64,000 bases of DNA from Octopus bimaculoides (GCF_001194135.2 NC_069006.1:6997261-7061260); one strand, 5' to 3'. Shown: positions 24,340 through 37,800, numbered from the stretch's first letter. Numbers and translations: made by a program. Notes: generated by a model from the sequence alone, not told the origin.

Positions 24340-26332
24340 TTATATTCGCATATAAGCTATTTTCTCGTCAGGATGGTGCTGCTTAATGTGAGGTTCAACT
24401 TCAAAACTATCCAAAGGAACATTGTCGGGGCAATAAGGACATTTGTAGATCTGAGAATGTCTGAAGCTGTGATGGGTTTTCAATGCTGCCCGATATGTGG
24501 TCTTGAAGTTGCATTTGTCACACTTGTAGATCTCCTTGCTGTATCGATCTTCAGACGTGTGTACAGCCTTGCTCAACGAGTGGGCAGTAGGAAACTCCGA
24601 AGTCTGTATAGGGGGGCCAATGGGAACAGGGCTGGGGTATGCATTTGGTGAAGATGAAAGATAGGAGCTCAGCTGAGAGGATGATGGACTCAAGTTAAAC
24701 ACTTTGAATGCGTCTGGAGGTATGTCATCAGGGTCTGAGGTACCCGTCGAGGATAAGTCCAAAGGAAGTACCCCCTGTGCTGCCTGCAGGGAGACGGGCA
24801 CCACCTGGTCGTTATGAAGAGAGGCAGTATCAGTTGTCAAGTACATCTCTTGTTCTTTTTCTTTTTTAATCACTTTGATGCCAAAAGTTGGAGGTGGGGT
24901 GAGGTCTGAGGATGCATGGTCTGCTGCTGAACGCGCTGCTAACTCCGACAAGTGCTGGCTGGCTGTCCGAGACGGACTACTTATTGGCCGTTTCAATCCC
25001 TTTAAGCCCAACGATACGGATTTAGAAATGGTAATGGGCTCAGAAACGCTCGTTTCTGAATCCTCTTCTACAACTGTATCCATTGGGCCGTCTTCTTCTA
25101 CACTTTCACAGTCCATATCTAAAGTTCCGTCCCCAGAGGGGTCTGTGCTGCTGTTGTTCTCTGACAGAGGTAGTAGTTTCGGTGTGCGTTCTGGATGATC
25201 GATAACAATAGGAGGGTTGCCCTGGTTCTCCTGGTGTGCAGCATTAGCAACTATCATCATTGGTTGGACAGTACCTGAAGGAGTTGTCGATGACGATGAC
25301 GAAGACGCAATTGCTCGGGCTTGTAACATGTTCCGCAGTAAAATAGTCTGAGAGCGAGGCGGTCGACCCCGACTCCGGCCTCGAGCGCTCAACGGCCCTA
25401 ATGATGATGTCGACACAGAAGTCGGTGTCTTCAGGTCGGAATCTTTCAAAATAACCACGTCGTCGTCGTCTTTCCGAGCTATTTTGGGTTCAGGCGGCTT
25501 AGGTGGACTAGGAGCAGGAGATGGAGGTAGGACTGGCTCGACCATAAGGCCACCAGATGAGGTGTTGCGGTTAGGCTTGCCATCACAGATAAATGCAAAC
25601 ACCACTTCACTACTGACGTCTCTGTCGTGGCAGTTGGCTATGTGTTCGCGGGCTGGTTTAGAGGTACTGGAATTAAATTCAGTGCAGTACGGACAGTGGT
25701 AGGACAATTTTTTATCGTGCACACGGTTGGAATGCAAGAAAAGAGAGATTCCATCAGGATACTCTTGGCTACACACTCTACATTTATAATGGGACAATTT
25801 GCCGACAAGCTTCTCTTTGTAGCGGGTCTGTTGATTCTTTTCAATGTTAGCTATGTACTTGGTGATGTAGACTGGGTCAAGGAAGAATGAAAGAGGCACA
25901 CCTCCATCACATTCGGGATGAGCGATACCAATATGTTTATAGATGTCGGCCTCCTTCTCCCCCTTGAATGTACAGTAGGGACAGGTGTACATGCAGAAAG
26001 CAGAATGAGAATTGATAATGTGGTCCTGCATCTGACTGAGGAATTTTGCTTCACAACCACATTTCTTGCACATGTAAATGGAACGGCCAATAAGAGGATC
26101 GTCGTCACCGGGGTACTTGCACTTGCGGTTCGAACTGGAGCTGGCATATTTTAAAGACATTGTTTTGGCATTCAACAAAACGGGAACAGCAAAACCTTCA
26201 GGAGGTATAATACAGTTATTGTTTGTACCGGTTCCTGGACGCCGAGTTGGACCAGAAATGCGGCCGCTATGAAGACTTACAACATTCACTATTTTCAGGC
26301 CCATATCTGTCCCAGAACTGTTCGCTGGTCCA
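24340..26332 (-). CDS. Large C2H2 zinc-finger protein, terminal exon (6 C2H2 fingers, AT-hook, PLDLS)
   Basis: 654-aa ORF extended to acceptor tcttgcag at 26333. Fingers CKKC, CPYC, CRVC, CPYC, CDKC, CPYC, each with H..H. The join with 31095-33544 totals 4443 nt (1480 aa) if no exon is hidden in the intronic N-gaps. Confidence 0.88.
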
Positions 26333-27202
26333 CTGCAAGAGAAAAATCAGACTGTTTATTCCTTTGATTAAGAAAAGTAATTAATTTAATAGCATCAACT
26401 GTCGTCTATTTTCAAATAACATTTCAAAGAACCAGAAATATCAAAGTCGGAGCGTAAATAAAAATAGTGATTTTAGTTTAAATGAATTTATATATTCTTA
26501 AATCACAAATTAATAAAATTGAGATGCTGTGTCACAAAGCATATATCATCATCGTTTAACGTCCACTTTCCATGCTAGCATGGGTTGGACAATTTGACTG
26601 AGGACTGGTGGACCAGGAGGCGACACCAGGCTCCAATCTGATTTGGCAGAGTTTCTACAGCTGGATGACCTTCAAAATAACCATAGTTATAAAAAAAAGG
26701 ATTATACATTCATTGCTATATAACATAGAATATGGTGTCTATACACACACAGGTTTCTTATTAGCACATCTAGAATACCACTTGGCTTAAACTCTTAAGA
26801 GTTACCAATTCCACAGACTGGTGGCTAATGTATAGTCTAAGCTCAGGATGGAGGTGTATCTGCCTATAAAGGATCGTTCTGCTAAAATGAAACACTTATT
26901 ATCATAAATCAACTCCCAACTCTCACAACATGTTTATTCGAATGTTTCACTTTAAACAACCTTCACTACAGAACAAAATCAAGGACACAAGGGAAATCTT
27001 TCACATTAAGGTGACAGAGACTTAAAAATTGAGAAACATTCACAAAACGTGTGGAATTTCCATGAATTCCTGCTCGGATATGTTATGGGGGAGGGGGTAA
27101 TTAATTCGTTTAAGGAAGCAGAGATAGAACTCAGTTCACTGAGGGAAAATACTACACATACATACATGTCAATATATGCAATTTCTCCCAAACTAGTATT
27201 AA

Positions 27203-27257
<55 letters not shown>

Positions 27258-27678
27258 NNNNNNNNNNNNNNNNNNNNNNNNNNNNNNNNNNNNNNNNNNN
27301 NNNNNNNNNNNNNNNNNNNNNNNNNNNNNNNNNNNNNNNNNNNNNNNNNNNNNNNNNNNNNNNNNNNNNNNNNNNNNNNNNNNNNNNNNNNNNNNNNNNN
27401 NNNNNNNNNNNNNNNNNNNNNNNNNNNNNNNNNNNNNNNNNNNNNNNNNNNNNNNNNNNNNNNNNNNNNNNNNNNNNNNNNNNNNNNNNNNNNNNNNNNN
27501 NNNNNNNNNNNNNNNNNNNNNNNNNNNNNNNNNNNNNNNNNNNNNNNNNNNNNNNNNNNNNNNNNNNNNNNNNNNNNNNNNNNNNNNNNNNNNNNNNNNN
27601 NNNNNNNNNNNNNNNNNNNNNNNNNNNNNNNNNNNNNNNNNNNNNNNNNNNNNNNNNNNNNNNNNNNNNNNNNNNNNN

Positions 27679-27950
27679 TGGGGCCGAAGAGATGATAGTC
27701 CAGTGACGAGGAAGTGAAAACTGTAGTGAAGAAGTGGCTCAAAGAACAGTCAACAGAATTTTACGGGGCAAGGATACATGCTCTCATTCGAAGGTGGAAC
27801 ATTGCTATTGAGAGAAACGGTGACTATGTTGAGGAGTAAGGATGTGATCCACAGAGGACCAGCTTCATTTTGATGTATGATACATGTTCCTGTGTTGGTA
27901 ATTATACCTGTCCTAAACAAAATGGCATTACTTTTTGACTCACCCTCATA
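27679..27950 (+). mobile_element. Mariner transposon 3' end (transposase C-terminus plus TIR); the remainder is probably in the N-gap
   Basis: 27702-27839 translates SDEEVKTVVKKWLKEQSTEFYGARIHALIRRWNIAIERNGDYVEE*, a typical mariner ending (W..CI...GDYVE). TIR-like AATGGCATTACTTTTTGACTCACCCTCA followed by TA. Confidence 0.88.
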
Positions 27951-30900
27951 TATATATATATATATATATTTTTTTTCACTCATTTCAATCATTTGACTGT
28001 GGCCATGCTGGAGCACCGCCTATAATCGAACAAAACCCCCGGACTTATTCTTTGTAAGCCTCGTACTTATTCTATCGGTCTCTTTTGTCAAACCGCTAAG
28101 TTACGGGGGTGTAAACACCAACATCAGCTGTCAAGCAATGGTGGGGGGACAAACACAGACACACAAATACATACATATATATACAACAGGCTTCTTTTAG
28201 TTTCCATCTCACAAGGCTTTGGTCGGCCCGGTGCCATGCAGTGGGACTGAACCTTTCTGTGCTAGTACGTGATATGTGATTTATTAACAGTCCAAATCAG
28301 TTGTCATTTGAATGACTCATGTTTTTAGATGTCTTAAATGTGTCAGTTTTGTCCCAATTTCAACAGTTTGATCACACATCCTCCTCCTAACACTCAACTC
28401 TTTATGATGTACTTGGGTTGTAGTCTATCATGGCATTAGCACTAGGGACATCACTAGACCCTGTCTATGCTGTGTTCATCAATTCACCGACCACATAACA
28501 AGGTGTACCACAAATATGTCTTTGATCAGGGTCCAGCAAGAAACCTTATTCGTATCAATGGTACAATAAAATTGTTGGGGACAGGAAGAGCATCCAGTTG
28601 TAAACTCCCTTCCCCATGGAATGAATAAAGAAGGCACAGTCCCTGCAAGGGAGGAAACTTGTCCAGGAGAAAAGTAACTGATTAGAAACTGAGATGAGGT
28701 AAAAAAAAAAAGGGGGGGGGCTCTTTAATCCTGCTGTAGTCAACCTTCCTAGAGCCAGAATGAAGTCCGAATGCATACAATCCAAGCTGTAAAGTGGTTG
28801 GCCATAAAAGAAAAATCAGGACATTCATTTTGGCACAAGGCCAGCAATTCTGAGGGTGAAGGAAGTTGATTACATTAATCTTAACCCCAGTACTTAAGTT
28901 GTACTTTATTTTTATCTCACTTGAAAGGATGATAACAAAGTTGATCTTGGTGAAATTGGAGCTCAACACATAAAACAGCTGAAAGAAATGCCATGAAGCC
29001 TTTTGTTTGATGAACTTTCTGTTGACTCACTGTCCTCAAGAACACAGTAACGAGATCAGATTTTCTGTTGGTGTGTCAGATGACAACATGACTGGAGACA
29101 TTGTGGAACCAGCCAAAGCCATGCAAACATGAAAGAACACAGGCAAGAGGATGATGATAGCTTCAAGTACATCAATTTGAAGTTAACCACACTTATAGCA
29201 TTAACACAAATAGAGAAAAAAAAATGGCTTTGTGTGTTGAAAGGATTTCTTATTTATGGAGATTAAACACTAAAAATTTGGAAATATACAAATTGAATAG
29301 CAACATCATTCTTAATTAATAAACAGAAAGATCTGTAATGAAAATTTTATCCAATTTCCATATGTAAATGGATCGACTGAATTAACATTTTAGCGACTGA
29401 GTATTCCACAGAAACATTTCTGTGTTTATATACACTGTCTTTGTTTCAATTCATTTAGAATTACATCCCACTCTTTTGGTTACCCCATCTCAAAGTATAT
29501 CTTCCATTCCTTAGAATCATCATCCCTACTTACACTATTTCTACCTATCACCTCTTTCTTGTGCCTTCAGCCACTGCTCTCCACCCACCCCGACATTCTG
29601 CTAGACTCCATTCTTAACACCTCTCTCGTCCGATTTCTTTCTTGTAACAATCATCTCATGTCTCACATACTATATATATATATATATATATAACCCCTTA
29701 TATACTCCTATATCTCGCCCTTTCATGNNNNNNNNNNNNNNNNNNNNNNNNNNNNNNNNNNNNNNNNNNNNNNNNNNNNNNNNNNNNNNNNNNNNNNNNN
29801 NNNNNNNNNNNNNNNNNNNNNNNNNNNNNNNNNNNNNNNNNNNNNNNNNNNNNNNNNNNNNNNNNNNNNNNNNNNNNNNNNNNNNNNNNNNNNNNNNNNN
29901 NNNNNNNNNNNNNNNNNNNNNCCTTTCTTCTATTTCCTTCAGCCATGTTATCTCCTCTACAACAAAAGACACCTATGCTTGTCTCTTTATCTTACTTTAT
30001 TTAACCTTTCCACACCTGGCATGAGGCTACCCCCCACTCCTCTCTCAAATAACAGCGGGAGGCTTTTCTTTCTTTCTTTCTCTCTTGCAAAATCACACAG
30101 CAACCTCATTAGAGCATTCGGCTATAGAAACCATGCCAAAGCAGGCATTGGAGCGTGATGTGGCCTTACAGCTCACTAGCTCCGATCAAACCATCCAACC
30201 CATGCCAGCACGGAAAACGGATGTTAAACGATGGTGATGGTAATGATGAACTATCATTATTAAGTTGGTGTTTAGAACATAAACAAGAAATTTAAATGGA
30301 AGATTTTTAATTTATTCTCAGAGAACCAGAGACATCCTTGGGCAGAATCAGCACAACACAAGTGTGCGACACACAGCTACAATCCATCTGATGGCTTTTT
30401 ATCCAATTTTATTGAAGGTTGGGGTTGACTTGAGGCTAAAGTAAATGACACTCCTTTGCCATTAAACTGGAGACTTCATGATCACAAAATGAACTCAGCC
30501 AAAATACCACCGTTCAGCCATCACTTCCCTCCTTGACCTAACAGAATGCCCAGGATATGACAGCATCAGAACGAGAGAACTGGGGTGATGTGAAATGAAA
30601 TATCTTGCTCAAGGACACAATGCAAAGGCTGGTCCAGGGATTGAACTCCTCACAACCCTATGATCAAGAATCAAACACTCAACCCACTCAGACAAAGTCC
30701 TTCACAGTAAAATCATACAAGACAAATTACACGATCATGGGACCGACCAGACTATCAGATGTTGTTATACATCACTGGTCACAATGCACTTCACGTTGTT
30801 CTAGCTTTCGAATGGATGCCACCATTCCCCTTTGATCAAAAGGTTATTCCGTCATAGGGTGACCTATTTACAGCTGAGTGGACTGCAGCAACATGAATTG

Positions 30901-31094
30901 AAGTGTTTTGCTTGAAAACACAACACACTGCCCTGTCCAGGAATCGAACCCATAATCCAGCAACCGTGAGTGCAACACCCTAACCACTTGGCCATGTACC
31001 TTCACACAAGACAAATATTCTAATTAACTTTAAAAAAAAATAATAACAGGTGATCATTAGTACGCATAACAAAGAAGGCATAATTAATACATAC

Positions 31095-33544
31095 CTTGTT
31101 TTTCCTTGCATATACATACCACCCCTGCCGTATGCAGTGTTGCGGTAACGATTGAAGCGATTGCTTGCAGGATCCACAGGAGTCTGCGGTTCTTCGCTGT
31201 CTGTGAAATCAGGTAGCTTCCGGCATTTTATAGTTTTTCCCGGGTGAACAGTATTATAATGACTAAGAAGATTGGCCTTTGACGTTAAGACAAGTCCATC
31301 GCACAGTGTACATGTGTAGTGCACTGCTCCTGGATGTTGACCAGTAACATGCTGCTGTATTATCTCGCGCTGATCAGTGGAAAATTTGCAGTATGTACAT
31401 TGGAACCGATCAGGCACCTCGACAACATCCTTTTGGTTGCCTTGCTTCCCACCTGGGCTGTTTCCATTGACAACAACTGAGATAAAGACAGGGTTAGATT
31501 TTGAATTCTTTTCATCGGTTGAACTAGCATCACCGGAAGCTGATTTAGTCGTGTTGCTGCCGCCGCCGCCGCCACCACCACCGCTGCTGGCGGTGCTGGT
31601 GCTTGTCACGTTTTGTTTGCTATCGTCGTCATCAGAAACGTTTTCCCGAATCTCAAGATAATGCTCCTTCTCATTAATTTCAGTGGTTTTCTCAATTTTC
31701 TGTGGAAGATATTTGTGACTGGACTGATGGTGGATGGCAGCTGTGCCAAAAGTGGTGAAATCAGTGCTGCAATGACCACATCGGAACACTTTCTGGGTGA
31801 TATGTGCATAAATATGTTCTGTCATCAAGTCTTTTTCCTGACATGAATATTGGCAATGAACACAGCTGTAACTTGGGGGGGTGGCTCCAGTCTTCTTTTC
31901 GGAATTAATTAGGAGTTTGGAAACGGTCACAGTTCGATTTTCATTGCCTTCTGTCCACTGTTTCGAATAAGATGTCCGTTTGAAGCCTTTGTTGGTGTTA
32001 TTCGATTCATTCTGACTGGAGATAAAGCTGAGAAAACTGCCTTCGTAGCTGTCCTGCTCAACACTAGGCGGATTGTTTGCTTGAGAATTGTAGTCAATAA
32101 CCTTAATGCGTTTGACAAGAGGAAAATCTTTAGAGAGCTCGGAAACATCAATGTCGAGTTCTTTAAAGAAATCCGTTAAACCAACTTTACACGGTCGGCA
32201 ACGCTTGATCATTTCCCTGACTAAGCCTCGTTTCCTTGACACACCTTGCCTGTAGATAGTTGCCGAAGTTCCACCGTCCTGACAGTAGATGTTAGCTGAG
32301 GGGCTGCCATCTGGACGATAAATCGTAGCAGACGTGTTACCATCCACATGATAGATTTTGGCCGAAGTACTGCCGTCTGGACGGTAAATAGTTCGTGAAG
32401 GAGAAGAACCATCCATACTTGAATCTGGGGTGGAATCATCAGAATGCTCTTTGTCAAGTGAGAAACTCCCAAAACCTTTCTTGCCACTTAAAGACAAGTC
32501 TCTCTGTTTGATATACGATGGTGTCGGACGCCATTTCGAGCCACGAATGAAACCTTTCCTAAGCAACATGCGCCGCAGTGCACTAATCTCTTTAGCAAAC
32601 TTTATCTTTTCCTCTTCTTTCTCTCGGTCTTCGTCATTCATATCATCCAAGTTGATAGGAAGTCCATTCTCATCCAGATCAACTGCAGGAATGCTGCTCT
32701 CATCATAAATACCATATTCTCGATGCATGACATTCTTATCAAGAGTCTCACTGGTTTTCTTCAGCTTCATGCCTTCTCCCAGAAGCCCTATCTTCTCAAA
32801 AAACGATTGTTTGCTCTCAGAATCTGATTGGACATCAGGTGACGTACTGCGGTGGCCCATAGCAGATTCATTGGCTTCAGTTTCATTATTGTCCGACTGT
32901 GTGGTTGCATTATCGTCTAAAAGAGCAGATGGACTAATGCCATCTTTTTGGCGAGATAAATTTGAATTTGGTTTGGAATCCAGCTGAGATTTTACTTCGT
33001 CTGTTGATGCCATAGACCTTGAACCATCATCCCCCTCATCAGCCAAGAGGTTTTTACTTGAAGATTCACTTTTACAAGTGGAAACTTCTTCTTTCAAATC
33101 GTCTGAAGTCATGTCTTCCTCATTCGCGCTGTCATCAACTTCTTGTTTCACAGTCACAACATTTTCACTCTTCTTCTTAACACCTGTTTTAGCATCAACA
33201 TTGCTCTTTTCGTCAACATCACTTTTTTCCTCAACATCACTTTTTTCCTCAACATCACTTTTTTCCTCAACATCACCTTTTTCTTCGACATCGCTCTTTT
33301 CTTCGACATCGCTCTTTTCCTCGACATCGCTCTTTTCCTCGACATCGCTCTTTTCATCATCAACATCGTTCTTTATTACGTCAGCTTCACTCTTTACATC
33401 AGCATCACTCTTTTCATCGCCGGTGCCCTTTTCTTCAACATCACTCTTTTCTTCAACATCACTCTTTTCTTCAATGTCGCTCTTTTCTAGAGAAGAGCTG
33501 TCTCCCTCGGAGACATCTGTTGGCTGAGGAATCGAGCTGGACAT
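31095..33544 (-). CDS. Large C2H2 zinc-finger protein, first identified coding exon (KSDVEE repeat, 11-aa repeat, 4 C2H2 fingers)
   Basis: Long ORF. Acceptor tttcctatcag at 33582, ATG at 33544 in caccATG context. Fingers CVHC..H..H, CGHC, CTYC, CTLC. Donor AAG|GTATGT at 31094 is in phase with the downstream exon. An upstream coding exon cannot be excluded. Confidence 0.85.
32243..32392 (-). repeat. Coding 33-bp repeat, 4.5 x (T/K/N)IYxxDGxxSA
   Basis: TIYRPDGSTSA KIYHVDGNTSA TIYRPDGSPSA NIYCQDGGTSA TIYRQG. Confidence 0.9.
33193..33487 (-). repeat. Coding 18-bp minisatellite (EKSDVE)n, about 16 units
   Basis: Read directly in the ORF and in the DNA. Confidence 0.95.
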
Positions 33545-34836
33545 GGTGAGATGATGTTTTAAACCAAAACAACAAACTGAGCTGATAGGAAATTTAAAAA
33601 AAAAAAGAAACAGAAGAATTCTTATAAATACATAAAAACTTGTGTCTGGTGGCACATTGCAAATATTGTTAATGAACCATTAGGTATGTTTATTTGCTTC
33701 ACATAATTATTGTTGCGGGTGGTGGTGGTCGTCTCTGGCTTGCTGCTATATGGAAGACCAGACTTAAATGAAAATCTGAATTCAGAGTTTTATCTTATCT
33801 TAAAGGGAAGCCAACAAAAATAGTTTAAAATCAGAAGCCATAGAACAATTTGGGGCAAGTTGCCAAAGAATAAGGAATCACGTTACATGGAGAAATTCTG
33901 TGTTTGGAAAATCAGGCAGATCTGATTGATGAATTGTCCTCTTGTTGGGTAGATTAGTTCTTTTTAAGGAATGTCCATTACAAACTCTGGTTCAAGATTA
34001 GCTGCAGTTTTCACCTGGAAATCACATGCTGCAGGATGTTCTAGAAGGAAAAAGAAAAAAAAGAACCAACAATCAGAATAAAAGAAATAAAAAAATCGAA
34101 CAGATTATAAGGGAAAAATACAAAATGTTTATATATCATCATCATTTAATATCTATTAATAAATGTATGTTTGCATGGGTCAGATTTTCTAATGGTCAGA
34201 TCTTCCTGCCATCAACCTTTACCTGTTTCCAATCAAGGCAAATATTTCCCCTATGACCACAAGTTTTACACACAACACTGTTTACAACTATCACAATGCC
34301 AAAATACACACACACTCAAACAAGGGCTTCTTTCAGTTTCTGCCTACTAAATCCAATCACAATGCTTTGGTCAGCCTGTGGCCATAGAACAAGACACCTG
34401 CCCAAGGTGTCACACAATGAGATTGAACCTAAAAACCACATGGATGGACAGTGTATATACATCGCTGGTCACAATGCACTTTGATTCGTTTTAACTTTCA
34501 AACAACGCCACCTGGCAGCTAGGCAAGCAGGCCAACATTCACCCTGATCGGAAAGCTAGTCCGTCCAGGGTGACCCATTTACAGCTGAGTGGACTGGAAC
34601 AATGTGAAATGAAGTGATCTGTTCAAGGACACAACATGCAGCTAGTCTGGGAATTGAACCCACAATCTAGTGACCATGAGTGCAACATCCTTAGCCACTA
34701 AACCACATGCCTTTAGTCAGCCCGAGGCTATAGTAGAAGACACTTGCCCATGGTGCCACGCAGTGGGACTGAACCTGGAACCATGTAGTTGGTAAGCAAG
34801 CTACTTACCACACAGCCACTCTTGTGCGCATATATG

Positions 34837-34890
<54 letters not shown>

Positions 34891-37800
34891 TGCATTAAAG
34901 AAAAAACAAAATCTGTTATGTTGTCACCTCTGGTCTCAATTAACTGCAAATAATTTCAGGCAATAAAAACAGACATCCAACGAGGTTAGAAACGTTTTTC
35001 CTTTGTTAAACCAACAAATCTCAGCCAGCATCAAGATTATTAAAATTTTAACAATCAAAAGAAATTAAAATCAAAATTATGTGCAGGTGAAAACCTGCAA
35101 GTCTGGTGTTTTATGCCTACCTGTATCTGAAACCATTACTTAGAATTACGGGATTGGCTCCATAGTGACAATCTGGTGCCCAAATACCCAGGTGGCTATG
35201 TTTATACAACACAACAGCTACATACAATGATATTCAAATGTTAGGTAAAGAGCTGGAAAAATAAACTTCTCCTGCACACAAACACTACATTGCAATTATT
35301 TTAAACATTACACATATTGTATACATTTATGTCATGTTGTTTTGAAAATAAAATACCATTATTATTATCATTATTATTATTATTAGAGACACTGTACAGG
35401 TCATTGATGCACAACATTTCTGACAACTAACAACAATACCACCAAAACAATATCCCAAATATACACGTGATTCAACCCTTTAGCACTTAAACTGACCATA
35501 TCTGGTCAAAATATTCTACCTGTTTTGTGTTCAAACAGGCCAGATCTGGCTTCTCGAACTTCCCCTAAAATGTCATTCGCGAAATATAGAATTACATCAT
35601 CATAATCTGAAAGCTGTGAGATAATCCATGATTAATCCAAAATAATGTGAATGAATAAGGATTATATTTGACATAGGAATCAACTGAATGCTAAAAGAAT
35701 TAAGTAACTAGTATGACTTTGTCTATTCATTTCCTTCAATACATGATTTCAGATCATGCAATCACTGAAGAAATTTATATGACTCCAAAACCAATCTCTG
35801 TTAAGACTCTAGACCAAGCATGGGCAAACAGTGGCCCGTGGCACTTTCTGAATGGCACACCTAACAAAAATTGACCTGGAATTTTTTCTACTAGTGAAGC
35901 CCACCAAATGAAGAACCATATCTTGTGTAGCCCACTTCTTGAAAACTATTCTCCATGTCTGATCTACACTTAGAGACTAAATTCCTTCCACATATTCAAA
36001 CAGGGAAGATCTCAATTCAACTTACCTATTTATTCCGTTAAATATTTAAAGTTGTTGTATCAATATGGAATTTAATTTGACAAAGCAACAAGTTAAATCA
36101 ATAAAACCAATCTCATCCAATACAACACTGGATCTGGACAGTCTCAATTCATCCTAAACCAAGAGTGCCATGTTATGTTGGCAAACAATCTTTACTACAA
36201 AGTACTATTGCTGAATATCTCATATTGTGAGATTTAAAAATAGTAATTTTCTAATTCATAAATCAGTGACTAGTTGTCACTTTGAACAGGAATTTGGCAG
36301 CGCCACCTCTACCCGAACAATTATTCTGTGTTGATGAAGGGAAATAACCAAGAAATCATGATACACAGAGCTGAGTGGGGGTGGTAGATTCCCTTGTTCG
36401 AAAATGTAAGGACACAGATCGTGTTGTATAGCCAGCTGGAGACGATGTCTCCTGGGGTTAAATTACAGCAACATTCATCCTAAACCAGGACCGCCATGTT
36501 ATGTTGGTAAATAATCTTTATTAGAAAGAACTGTTGCTGAATATCTCACGTTGTGGGATTTATAAATAGTAATTTTCTAACTGAACAGTCTCCTCTTGAA
36601 CTTTCTGCTCCTGTCCAAACACTTTCCCCGCTCAAAGTTAAATATATCGCATCTCAAAGATGGTCAAACCAAAGCTTCACGTTATAAATGTCCAAAGTTG
36701 ACCACCCACCTCCACTTTGGCCACCTTGCTCCACAGTGTGGAGAAAGTGAGAGGTTAAATGAAAGGAACGTAGACAAACGAGTTAAGCCTGCTAGAAATA
36801 TCAACCAAATCCCATCCCCCACAGCTCAAAAAAGGAAGCACACACTGAATCATGCAGGTCTGAGGCATACGAAAAGACAAGATAGTTACAGGTGGAATAC
36901 CACAGATCAGAGCTAACCCATAACAAAAGCTGCTACTTCATAACAACTTAGATTGTACTCCACACAGTACTCTTATAATTCAGATTAAAATCTTAACTGT
37001 CCACTCATAATTATTCCTATTTTGGGAGTTTTAATTCACATGCATTACCATCGGTGATTCAGTCATCTTCAGGTTTACATTCTGGAAGAGTTAGAAACAC
37101 TGACATCTGTTGACATTTTCTTGTCAGCAGACCAACTGAGGGCTCTGTGCTTTCAATGAACAACAATGAATACTCCCTCACCTGATGAAAGAAACCAGTA
37201 CTGACCGATCACAATAAGGCTGCTCCATGGAGAACTTCCTTACTCATATACAATATATAGTGTGTGTGTATACACATACACACCCACCAATGGCAGGAAG
37301 GCCCACGAGACGTGAAACAATGCCTTTAATAGCATAAGCACAGAATGTAAACACAAGAGACACACACACAATGAATGAAATCCAGTCATAAGGAATTGTC
37401 AACCCAGAGCTATAGTAACTTTAACCAGAGTGCTGAGTAATGGGGCTGAACCCAAAACCATGTGATTACAAAATGAACTTCTTAACCACACAACCATACC
37501 CACCCCCATAATGATACAAAATGGTTACAGAGTTAAGTTATAATGTTGCTAACCAGACAGTTATGAGTTCAAATCTAGAAGAGCCATTGATTTTGCTTTT
37601 CACCCTTTCGGGGTTAAAATACTGAGTACTGATAATTGAAACACAAACTACAAATACTGGAGTACAATGCAGCCCTTGGCCCCACACATGAGAGACAAAA
37701 ATCCTTTCGTTACCAACATTTCTGATGAAACACAAAGCTTTGTTTCAATTAATTTTGGAAATAAAGAATTTAGTTAAATAACTGTCGTTATTAAGATGGT

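Noticed and set aside
24373-26272. Several plus-strand ORFs opposite the zinc-finger exon
   Set aside because: Expected antisense shadows of a real coding exon.
33078-33527. Antisense and alternative-frame ORFs over the minisatellite (STSLFS, KRAMSR, NITFFL repeats)
   Set aside because: Shadows of the 18-bp coding repeat, which lacks stops in several frames.
33545-33655. ORF-track N-terminal extensions of real exons (also 14391-14492, 3915-3963, 904-926)
   Set aside because: These are intronic polypyrimidine tracts upstream of the acceptors.
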